Part shown: one piece after another, positions 7,345 through 15,491 of the stretch
Numbering within the stretch: position 1 is the first letter of the stretch
How the letters are laid out: every line of letters begins with the position of its first letter
NCBI GenBank assembly: GCA_029856155.1
Contig: JAHQWL010000087.1
Coordinates: 1-16,706 of the forward strand
Reading direction: 5' to 3'
DNA from: Promethearchaeia archaeon
GTDB taxonomy: Archaea; Asgardarchaeota; Lokiarchaeia; Sigyniarchaeales; SOKP01
Length of the DNA stretch: 16,706 bases
Made by a program: the position numbers and the translations under genes
The notes under the pieces: model-generated
Databases searched by the model: none
Told to the model about the DNA's origin: nothing
What the model saw: only the letters and a program-made list of their open reading frames with translations

Positions 7345-7887
7345 TTGGTGTTTATAATTTCGGATCGTCTAATAGAATTACGTGTAGAAAACAAACGCTT
7401 GAAAGAACAAATCTCTAATTTAGAAAATAAGATATTATCATTAGTAGGAATGGTAGAAATAGAATCTAGTGGGGGAGAAAAGAAAAATGTGCTTAATGAT
7501 TCTTTGATAAATTTAATAAATTCAACTACAGACCAATTGAATGTGGTAGCTCCTCACATTGACAGTTTTTATGCTAAAGAACTCAAAAGAACAGTTGACC
7601 GAGGGATTCCAGTTCTTCTAATCACTAATGATAGAAGTATTATCCCAGAAAGTTTTATTTCGATTTATGATGATTTAAAAAATATTCAAGGGATAAGTAT
7701 TATAAATAATCCTAATGTAAAATTTCTATTAGTTTTTAATACGGAACAAGCAATTTATTCGGGAGGATCTTTGGATAGAGAAGAATTATCAAAATCAATT
7801 TTAATAGTTACAAAAATTCAGGAAAAATCAAAATTAAGATTTATTGCAGAGATATTTTCATTAATGTTGCCGACGTTTATGAGATGA
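7345..7887 (+). CDS. N-terminal coiled coil + phospholipase D-fold (PLDc_2/TrmB-like) domain lacking HKD
   Basis: Coiled coil LIELRVENKRLKEQISNLENKI. PLD-fold pattern LINLINSTTDQLNVVAP....ELKRTVDRGIPVLLITND....NNPNVKFLLVFNTEQAIYSGGSL. There is no His in the catalytic segment. The start codon is uncertain. Confidence 0.7.
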   Translation: MVFIISDRLIELRVENKRLKEQISNLENKILSLVGMVEIESSGGEKKNVLNDSLINLINSTTDQLNVVAPHIDSFYAKELKRTVDRGIPVLLITNDRSIIPESFISIYDDLKNIQGISIINNPNVKFLLVFNTEQAIYSGGSLDREELSKSILIVTKIQEKSKLRFIAEIFSLMLPTFMR

Positions 7888-8043
7888 TAGGATTATTGAC
7901 AAATTAATTATTTTAAAAATTCTGAAGCTATAAAGTTATTATTTTATCACAAAACATTTTAGTTCTTTCCTTCTTGAATGAAAATTCTAAGCTAATTAGG
8001 TTATTAAGGGAAGTAATATAGTGGGAATATAGAGAGATAAAAA

Positions 8044-10239
8044 ATGGCAGAAAATAAACAATTAATAAGCTCTCAAATTATTTCTGAAAAATTAGGGAAG
8101 AGCTCTGAAATTTATCAGCAATCTATAGTTTTTCTAAAAAAACAATCTAAAAATCAAATATCCTTTGACCAAAGCTTTAAACAGTGGAGAGAAATCTTCT
8201 CAAAAATTTATGGATATGAAATTAGTTCAAACCTTTTTTTGAAGCATACTTATTTTTCTCTAATTTTAAAAATTTTATTTATTTCTAAATTATGCTCTAG
8301 TAAAAATCTCGAATTAGACGAAGTCTATGAGATGTATCTCACAAATAATCTAAAGAAATTAAGGTTATTCGAATATTATTATTTATTTTGGACGAATTTT
8401 AACAAAAAGTTATTTACAAAAGTATATAATGTAATTAAATGCTCAAAATATGCAAAACAAGACATTTTCAGTGATATCTATCAAGAAATATTTCTTCCCG
8501 ATACTAGACATAAGATTGGGGAATTCTATACTCCTTCAAAACTAGTTCAGAAAATGATTGATGAAGTATATATAGTTGGTTCAAAAATCTTAGACCCCTC
8601 ATGTGGTTCGGGAAGTTTTTTAATCAACATCTTACTTAAAATTCTAGGTTCTTCGGAATCAGTAGCTTTAAAATTTAAAGCACTCTCAAAGGTATATGGT
8701 TTTGACATTAATCCTTTGGCTATTATGACAACAAAAACAAATATTCTTTTATTGATCTTTGAACATTTTACTACAAAAAATTTTAAAATCCCAGAACTTA
8801 ATATTTTTCTTATTGATTCTTTGTTTCCTGAGTCAAATGATAAGGAAACTGATATTAATATTAAAAATATGAGGAATTCATTCGATTTAGTAATTGGAAA
8901 TCCACCTTGGTTGACTTATAAGGATCTACAATCAAAGGAATATCAAATTAAAATTCGAGATTTATCAGAAAATTTAGGAATAAAACCACCCAGTCAATAT
9001 ATTACGCATATCGAATTAGCTGCAATCTTTTTTTATGCAATTCCTTCAAACTTTTTAAAAATAAAAGCGAAAGTATTTTTTGTAATGCCAAGAAGTGTAA
9101 TTAACGGAGATCATTGCTATAAATTTAGAGCTTTTTCTATCTTTAACAGAAATTTAGAAATTTGGGATTTTCCGAAACATTACTTTTTTAATGTAAATCA
9201 TATATGCTTGAAAGCGGAGTTTATAGGAAAAAACAATAATATTTTAATTGATGATAGATATCCAATAAAAACAAAATTATTTAATGATAGCTTAGAATTA
9301 CGAGAAGAAAAATTTTATTCGAGTTTAAAAATCGAAAACGATGGTGCTAAACTGTTATTGCCTAGTGAAGAGTTAGAATCCTTTAATAAATTAGAAAATA
9401 GTCCTTATAAAGATATATTTTTTCAAGGTGCTACATTAGTACCAAGAACGTTAACATTTTTTACTAAAAAGCAGAAAACAAACGGCAACTTAATAATATC
9501 ATCTGATTCAGACGTTTTATCACGTGCAAAAACACAATGGAAATTTCAATTTAAAGAAAAAGAAATTGAACAAAGATTTCAATTTAAGACGTTTTTAAAT
9601 ATGGATCTTGTTCCATTCTTCATAAAACGCAAGAGAAATGTATTCCTTCCCATTAATGAACAATTTGATTTAGATTTAGAGTTTCTACAGAATTACCCTA
9701 AAGCCCTGAAATTTTATGAAGAAATGAATAAAATATATAAGCAAAACAAGAAGCGAACTAGTACTATTAATACATTGTTTGCAAACTTAAATTATTGGAA
9801 CAAACTTAAGAAACAGATAAACAACAAAACTTACATTGTTGTTTATAACGCTAGTGGTTCTAATTTGAAAGCTGCTGTTATAGATAATGATAAACAAAAA
9901 GTTATTATTGGATCTGAAAATTATTATTATTCCACTACTTCAGAAAATGAAGCATATTACTTATCAGCAATACTGAATGATCCAAATTTATCAAAAAATA
10001 TAAAATTAATAAAAAGTTCGAGACATATTCATAAAAGACCATTCATGTTTCCAATTCCCATTTATGATAAAAATCATCCTGTGCATGAGAAATTAGCACG
10101 AACAGGTAAGAAATATGAGTTATTAGTGTATGATTTAGTCATGAACAATCCAAACATAACTTCTGAGAAAGTAAGGTTAATCTTAAATCAAAAATTAATG
10201 AAAATTCAGAAATTAACTGAACAAGTTTTTCTAAAATAA
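8044..10239 (+). CDS. N6-adenine DNA methyltransferase (gamma class, Type IIG/Eco57I-like MTase + target recognition region)
   Basis: RHKIGEFYTP (motif X), ILDPSCGSGSF (motif I), YGFDINP, FDLVIGNPPW (motif IV; NPPW at 8899-8910), FVMP. The C-terminal TRD-like region contains VVYNASGS and EAYYLSAILN. Confidence 0.93.
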   Translation: MAENKQLISSQIISEKLGKSSEIYQQSIVFLKKQSKNQISFDQSFKQWREIFSKIYGYEISSNLFLKHTYFSLILKILFISKLCSSKNLELDEVYEMYLTNNLKKLRLFEYYYLFWTNFNKKLFTKVYNVIKCSKYAKQDIFSDIYQEIFLPDTRHKIGEFYTPSKLVQKMIDEVYIVGSKILDPSCGSGSFLINILLKILGSSESVALKFKALSKVYGFDINPLAIMTTKTNILLLIFEHFTTKNFKIPELNIFLIDSLFPESNDKETDINIKNMRNSFDLVIGNPPWLTYKDLQSKEYQIKIRDLSENLGIKPPSQYITHIELAAIFFYAIPSNFLKIKAKVFFVMPRSVINGDHCYKFRAFSIFNRNLEIWDFPKHYFFNVNHICLKAEFIGKNNNILIDDRYPIKTKLFNDSLELREEKFYSSLKIENDGAKLLLPSEELESFNKLENSPYKDIFFQGATLVPRTLTFFTKKQKTNGNLIISSDSDVLSRAKTQWKFQFKEKEIEQRFQFKTFLNMDLVPFFIKRKRNVFLPINEQFDLDLEFLQNYPKALKFYEEMNKIYKQNKKRTSTINTLFANLNYWNKLKKQINNKTYIVVYNASGSNLKAAVIDNDKQKVIIGSENYYYSTTSENEAYYLSAILNDPNLSKNIKLIKSSRHIHKRPFMFPIPIYDKNHPVHEKLARTGKKYELLVYDLVMNNPNITSEKVRLILNQKLMKIQKLTEQVFLK

Positions 10240-10335
10240 AATTGTAGTTATTTTTTTACATAACTTTATCTTTCCTAATTAATTTATCTAATATGATAAT
10301 GTGTGAAAAAGTTAACGTAGTAGTGAAAGACAAAA

Positions 10336-11484
10336 TTGAGTTTTATAGAATTAGGTATTAGTGAAAAAAATAATAGCGCTTTAAAAAAATTAAATATTTT
10401 TAAACCTACAGCTGTCCAGAAAAAAGCAATTCCACTTGTTTTAGACGGAAACCATTTAATGGCACAATCTCGAACTGGGAGTGGTAAAACACTCGCTTTC
10501 ATTCTCCCGATTGTTGAACAATTAAAGTTCGTAAATAATGAAGCATTAATTTTAGTTCCAACAAGAGAGCTTGCTAAGCAAATACATAGTGTTATTAAGG
10601 ATTTAAAGAATCCGAGAGTGAAATCGATGACTATATATGGGGGTGTTTCTATAAATAATCAAATCGCCAAATTGAAGAATGGTGTTAATATTATTGTAGG
10701 AACTCCTGGCAGAATTATCGATCTTTATAAAAGAAGGGAACTCTCATTCAAAAACATTCGATTTGTAATTTTAGATGAAGGAGATCGCCTTTGGGATATG
10801 GGTTTTGCTCCAGATGTGAAATATATTCTAGGTAATATTCGAACAGAATATCAGTTTATGCTTTTTTCAGCAACTTTAGATTCTGATATGAGGAAATTAG
10901 TCCAAAAATATACTAAGAATAAATTTGAATTTTTAAATTTAAGTCGAGACAGTTTAACTGTTGGAAATACAACTCAAGTCTATTATTTAGTTGAAAGATT
11001 TGAAGAGAAATTCAAAACGTTTACTCAAGTTTTAAAGATTGAAAGACCAAACCATGCGTTAGTATTTGTAAATACAAAGAAAACTGCAGCGTGGTTAGAA
11101 AAGAGATTGAAATCATATAAAGGCACAAATTTCAGAGTAGGCATAATTTCAGGAGATTTATCACAATTTCAGAGAGAAAAAATATTAGATGAATTTAGAA
11201 CACATAAGATTAATTTACTTATTGCCACTGATGTAGCAGCTAGAGGTCTCGATATCGATAATATATCGCATGTTTTTAATTACGATGTACCAAAGTTTCC
11301 CGATAATTATGTTCATCGCATAGGGCGTACTTCAAGAATGAGTAAAAAAGGAGTTGCTATAACTCTGTGTTTAAAAGATGAGTATGAATACTTATGTAAT
11401 ATAGAGGGATTAATTGATAAAGAAATCAAATTAAGAACATTATATAAAAAAGAGAAGAAGAATTATCATAATCCTTTTTATTGA
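10336..11484 (+). CDS. DEAD-box RNA helicase (DeaD/CshA/RhlE-like core, DEGD variant)
   Basis: Q motif F..LG...PTAVQKKAIP, I SRTGSGKT, Ia PTRELAKQ, GG, Ib TPGR, II DEGD, III SAT, IV LVFVNT, V TDVAARGLDI, VI HRIGRTSR. TTG start. Confidence 0.97.
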   Translation: MSFIELGISEKNNSALKKLNIFKPTAVQKKAIPLVLDGNHLMAQSRTGSGKTLAFILPIVEQLKFVNNEALILVPTRELAKQIHSVIKDLKNPRVKSMTIYGGVSINNQIAKLKNGVNIIVGTPGRIIDLYKRRELSFKNIRFVILDEGDRLWDMGFAPDVKYILGNIRTEYQFMLFSATLDSDMRKLVQKYTKNKFEFLNLSRDSLTVGNTTQVYYLVERFEEKFKTFTQVLKIERPNHALVFVNTKKTAAWLEKRLKSYKGTNFRVGIISGDLSQFQREKILDEFRTHKINLLIATDVAARGLDIDNISHVFNYDVPKFPDNYVHRIGRTSRMSKKGVAITLCLKDEYEYLCNIEGLIDKEIKLRTLYKKEKKNYHNPFY

Positions 11485-11867
11485 GACTTATAATTTACAC
11501 AAATTTTTCTTTCCAATTTTCTAATTCAACTAAGAATTCATCTTTAATATCCTCTTCTTAAGGTTCCTTTACAGATCTCAATTTACTTATTATATCATGA
11601 AAAAACTTGCTTTTTAATATTCTCAAATAGAAAAAGAAGAGAAATATAAAATCAAGACTCTTAATTCCAAATACTAATTCACATTAATTTTTGAGCAGGA
11701 AGATATGATATTTGAATATTAGAAGTAAATACATATAAAAAGAATACTTTCAATACTTAATAATAGCAAACCTTTTCTTTTGCAAATTTTTATATTACAA
11801 GAGTTTTATAGATTTAATAAGATTTAATTTAAAATTTTTGATTAATTAATAGCGAGGATTGAAATAA

Positions 11868-12482
11868 ATGCCAAGTCGTCGGGGAGATGGGACCCTTGTA
11901 TTTAAAATTTGTTTTTACGGCCCTTCGCTTGGAGGAAAAACAACAGCTCTCGACTGGGTTTATAAAAAGGAGGGTCTAGCAACAGGAGATATGCAACAAA
12001 TACAAGATCCAACGGGTAGAACGTTATTTTTTGATCGAGTTGTAGCACGGGTTTCAAATGTCGTATTTCAAGTATATACAGTAGCAGGTCAACGTCGTCA
12101 TAAATTTCAACGTCAAACAGTCCTAAAGGGTACAGATGCAGTAATTTTTACATGGGATTCTTTAATCGATCAATGGGGTGAAAACATTTGGAGTTTAAAG
12201 GAGTTACTCCGATTTTATGGTGATAAACTAATACCACTTGCAGCCTTTGATCCTCCTGAAGTACCCACTGTTGTACTCGCAAATAAACGAGATCTAGAGG
12301 ATATTGTAGAAATAGCTAAAATACGTCAAGCTCTCGACACTGCGAAACTAAATCATGTACTTGTTTACGAAACAATAGCTATCCAAGGAATAAATGTTAA
12401 GAGAGCTTTTGTATACGCGGCTCGGCAAGCAGTACTCAACCATTACAAGAAGCTTTCAGGAAAATCGATGGAAGCAGCTTAA
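11868..12482 (+). CDS. MglA-family small GTPase
   Basis: G1 FKICFYGPSLGGKTT, G2 RTLFFD, G3 YTVAGQ (MglA TVPGQ type rather than DxxG), LKGTDAVIF..DS, G4 NKRD, G5 ETIA..G.NV. A GAGG RBS lies upstream. Confidence 0.9.
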   Translation: MPSRRGDGTLVFKICFYGPSLGGKTTALDWVYKKEGLATGDMQQIQDPTGRTLFFDRVVARVSNVVFQVYTVAGQRRHKFQRQTVLKGTDAVIFTWDSLIDQWGENIWSLKELLRFYGDKLIPLAAFDPPEVPTVVLANKRDLEDIVEIAKIRQALDTAKLNHVLVYETIAIQGINVKRAFVYAARQAVLNHYKKLSGKSMEAA

Positions 12483-12562
12483 GTTAATTTTTTTCTAATT
12501 TTAAATAATTTTTGGATTCAATAAAAATAAATACTAAATTATTATTGTTCGTTAGTAAATAC

Positions 12563-13276
12563 TTAAAATTTGAATTCAAATCCACAATATCTGCAAAATT
12601 TACCTTCTTTATATAAAACTTTTTGACCACATTCGGGACAATAGTGAAAATTATTACTTATCTCATCAGTTTGAGGATATATTATAGGAAGTTTACTTTC
12701 TTCAACTTTTTGAACTACTTCTCTTGGTTTAATCTTCTTACTAGCAATCCCTATAATAATTGAGGATGCAGCTCCAATAAAAGGTCCAAAAATTCCAAAT
12801 CCGGGATTGTATACATCCCATATATCTGGTACTGTATAATAATAAGGTAATTGAGAGAAAACATATTCTACATAGTTGTTCATAGTAATACCGGTTGCGA
12901 TGATATAACTTATTGAGGAAAAAATTAAGACAATTCCTAATCCAATCCAACTATTACTAACATCTTTTGGATCTTTTTTACCAAGTCTTACTTTATTTGC
13001 AGAAGCTATTAAAGCTAAAGAGCATAAAAAAATTATTAATGCACTGAAAATACCAGACAGGAATATTGGTATCATATATTTCGACGGCTGTTCCAAAGGT
13101 ATCAATAAAGTATTACTACCATAACCTAAAATATAGTTATAATATAATCCCCACATCCAATAATATTCAGTAATTGCTATTTCATCAAAATAAATTGCTG
13201 GAGTAAAAACGGATATAAGCGTGATTATGCCCATTATTAATGGAATTCCCCAAATATAACTATCACTTTCTTTAAT
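12563..13276 (-). CDS. Multi-pass membrane protein with C-terminal double zinc ribbon
   Basis: About four hydrophobic segments and C-terminal YCPECG...KFCRYCG. The ORF track starts at ATG 13234, but the frame is open to an ATT at 13276 that follows AGGTGA (see finding). Confidence 0.8.
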   Translation of the reverse strand: MKESDSYIWGIPLIMGIITLISVFTPAIYFDEIAITEYYWMWGLYYNYILGYGSNTLLIPLEQPSKYMIPIFLSGIFSALIIFLCSLALIASANKVRLGKKDPKDVSNSWIGLGIVLIFSSISYIIATGITMNNYVEYVFSQLPYYYTVPDIWDVYNPGFGIFGPFIGAASSIIIGIASKKIKPREVVQKVEESKLPIIYPQTDEISNNFHYCPECGQKVLYKEGKFCRYCGFEFKF

Positions 13277-13294
13277 TTATTTCACCTAATTTGG

Positions 13295-13313
13295 ATTGAA
13301 TTTAGAATTCAAT
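13295..13313. promoter_or_regulatory. 8-3-8 perfect palindrome, candidate operator
   Basis: ATTGAATT-TAG-AATTCAAT sits just upstream of the RBS of the zinc-ribbon membrane gene. Confidence 0.35.
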
Positions 13314-13470
13314 TATTGGAGTTTTAATGTTTTGATTCCTGATATAATGAAGTATTATTTTGGTTCTTAATATTTTTAATTACATTCGGATCTAGTAATT
13401 ATTAGGAGTATGAGTTATTTGCATAATTAGTGGAAATAAAACAATAAGATTTGAATTTTTTCATACCCAA

Positions 13471-13908
13471 TTAGATTTCAAGATTATAATTTACCTTTTG
13501 TCTTCGATTTATCTCTAATTTTTTATGTAGATCATCACACCGCTTATACCATAGAATTTCATACTTTTTTTGATCAATAATTCTTGTACTTAGATCAGCA
13601 ATAGAAAATATACCTGCTTCTTTACACCAATTTATACAAATTTCATACATTTCCCAATCTAATTCCTCGTCCTCCCAAATTATAGGTATTTTTGTAAGAC
13701 CTTCTTGATAAGCTGCAAATGCCCTTGTATGACCATCAGTATAAAAAATATTATTTTTAATTTTCTTAATGGGTATTGGTTTCAACGTTGCTATATCGTT
13801 AGGATTAAACTTTTCCTTTACTGTGGCAAGTTTCTGTTTGCTTATAAATAATTGACTAGGCTGAATATTATTAAGTCCCATTTCAAGAAACTTTCTCTTC
13901 GCATTCAT
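13471..13908 (-). CDS. ParB/sulfiredoxin-fold small protein
   Basis: IQPSQLFIS..KL, PIPIK....IFYTDGHTRAFAA...G...IP matches the ParB/Srx DGHxR motif. The ATG at 13908 is preferred because it avoids overlap with the upstream gene. Confidence 0.7.
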   Translation of the reverse strand: MNAKRKFLEMGLNNIQPSQLFISKQKLATVKEKFNPNDIATLKPIPIKKIKNNIFYTDGHTRAFAAYQEGLTKIPIIWEDEELDWEMYEICINWCKEAGIFSIADLSTRIIDQKKYEILWYKRCDDLHKKLEINRRQKVNYNLEI

Positions 13909-13927
13909 TCTATACAACAATTTTTTG

Positions 13928-14458
13928 TTATAAATAAATAATTGTGGGCTCAACTTTTTCCTTAGATATTTTTAAATACCCATACGAATTAATATCAGTA
14001 AATTTTTTGTCGGTTGGTGTGCCTGGACTAATGTATAATTTTCCATCTCTCCATTTTTCATTAAAAGGACGGTGGACATGACCAAAAATGATGATATCAT
14101 ATTCAGATAAGTCAAATCTTCTGTTTAAACGTTCAATAATATTGTCTGGTCCACCCTCACCATGGGTTATAAAAATTTTATGTCCAAATATATCTAATTC
14201 TCTTTTTTTAGGCAACTCTTTCGCTATTTTTGAGTCATCCATATTCCCAACAATTCCAATAACTTTTTCGTTTCCAAATATATCTTGAAGTTCTTTATAG
14301 ACTTTATAGCGTGTAAAATCTCCTACATGAAAAATATAGTCAACATTTTTTTCTTTGAAATCATCTATTACATTTTGTAGGGTATCTCCTTCTCGAGAAT
14401 GTATATGAGTATCACCGATAAGACCAATTACTAATTCTGCTTTATTCGATTTTATCAT
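13928..14458 (-). CDS. YfcE/MJ0936/Vps29-type metallophosphoesterase
   Basis: All calcineurin-like motifs are present: GDTH, HVGD, GNMD, THG, GHVH, SPGTP. Confidence 0.95.
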   Translation of the reverse strand: MIKSNKAELVIGLIGDTHIHSREGDTLQNVIDDFKEKNVDYIFHVGDFTRYKVYKELQDIFGNEKVIGIVGNMDDSKIAKELPKKRELDIFGHKIFITHGEGGPDNIIERLNRRFDLSEYDIIIFGHVHRPFNEKWRDGKLYISPGTPTDKKFTDINSYGYLKISKEKVEPTIIYL

Positions 14459-15371
14459 CTTTCTCTGTTTCCTTCAATCTGATTTTAGTAACTTTTAAAG
14501 CAAAATTAATTACATCATCAAGTTTTTTCCATTTTCCTTTATGTATCATATCTTTAATCCAGTAAAACAAATCTTGATTTATAGCAACGGTTGTAAAAAC
14601 AGGCTTTATTTGTTGTTCTTCTTCGTTTCCAGCTTTATTCAATAGCCAAGAGATCATATTACTAATTAATTTAAAATTATCAGCAGCAGTTATACCATAT
14701 GATTTGTTTAAACTAGAAAAGATTGATAAATTGCCTATTGTAATTACTTTCCCTAAACCATAATGTGTAGCTCCAATGACTGGAAGGTGTTGTTCTGATT
14801 TTTCTTGCCATTCCTCTCCATTAAAGATTCTGTGCCATGAAGTATTTTCAGATGAAACTGCAATACTGCTTATATCAATTTCGTTATTTTCAATAGATTT
14901 GTCAATTACCAAAGTACAGCCATTTGAATGAATTATTTTAGAAATATCTCTCGTAATAAAATGACTTTTAAAATCTAATATTATAGGATGTGAATTTTTT
15001 TCTGAGAAATTTTTATTATCAAACAATCGGTCAGAATTAAATATTATTCCAAAATGTTTAGTCAATTCAGAAAGATTGTTTTTGTTTTCATAATCACCAC
15101 CACCATCATTAATTACAAGAAGACTTCCACCATTTTCAACATACTTCACTAAATCAATTATTTCATCTGGATCTAAATTAGGCCCTAAATTTGGGACGCC
15201 AACTATAAAAAGATCATATTTATTTAATTTTTCAACAGTAATTCCTGCTTCTATTTTTCCTAGTTTAAATCCGGAATCAAATAAATATTGGATAAAATCT
15301 GTAAAAGTAGTATTTTCAATAGTTAATTTATTATTATGGGAGTGATCAAATCCAATTAAAATTTCTCGCAT
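14442..15371 (-). CDS. GIFT/GldG/IFT52-like (DUF4350, GATase-like fold) domain + C-terminal ribbon-helix-helix-like domain
   Basis: IGFDHSHN, ITVEKLNKYDLFIVGVP, EI..L.KYVENGGSLLVI.DGGGD, NLSELTKHFGI.FN.D, PVIGA..YGLGKVITIGN..IFS, DNFKLISNMISWL. The tail TTVAINQDLFYWIKDMIHKGKWKKLDDVINFALK has an RHH (CopG/MetJ) pattern. Confidence 0.75.
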   Translation of the reverse strand: MREILIGFDHSHNNKLTIENTTFTDFIQYLFDSGFKLGKIEAGITVEKLNKYDLFIVGVPNLGPNLDPDEIIDLVKYVENGGSLLVINDGGGDYENKNNLSELTKHFGIIFNSDRLFDNKNFSEKNSHPIILDFKSHFITRDISKIIHSNGCTLVIDKSIENNEIDISSIAVSSENTSWHRIFNGEEWQEKSEQHLPVIGATHYGLGKVITIGNLSIFSSLNKSYGITAADNFKLISNMISWLLNKAGNEEEQQIKPVFTTVAINQDLFYWIKDMIHKGKWKKLDDVINFALKVTKIRLKETEKDDKIE

Positions 15372-15491
15372 TTACATCCATGATAATATTTAGCAACTTA
15401 TTAAGTGCTTTGTTAAATATTGGTCTAATAATTATTAATATATTTGATCAATTTTGTCAGTATTATAAAATTATCTTAAAATTGATTTATT

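Noticed and set aside
4646-10239. CHAT + PLD + MTase (+ helicase) as an anti-phage island (Craspase- or DISARM-like)
   Set aside because: The CHAT and PLD domains lack catalytic residues, and the helicase is an ordinary DEAD-box RNA helicase. No cas genes, arrays or mobility genes are present. It is not fully excluded, but unsupported.
10284-10502. Minus-strand 72-aa ORF
   Set aside because: It is an antisense shadow of the helicase Q motif and motif I.
12741-12950. 69-aa Cys/Tyr-rich ORF
   Set aside because: It is an alternative frame within the membrane protein gene.
14088-14288. Plus-strand 66-aa ORF
   Set aside because: It is antisense to the phosphoesterase gene.
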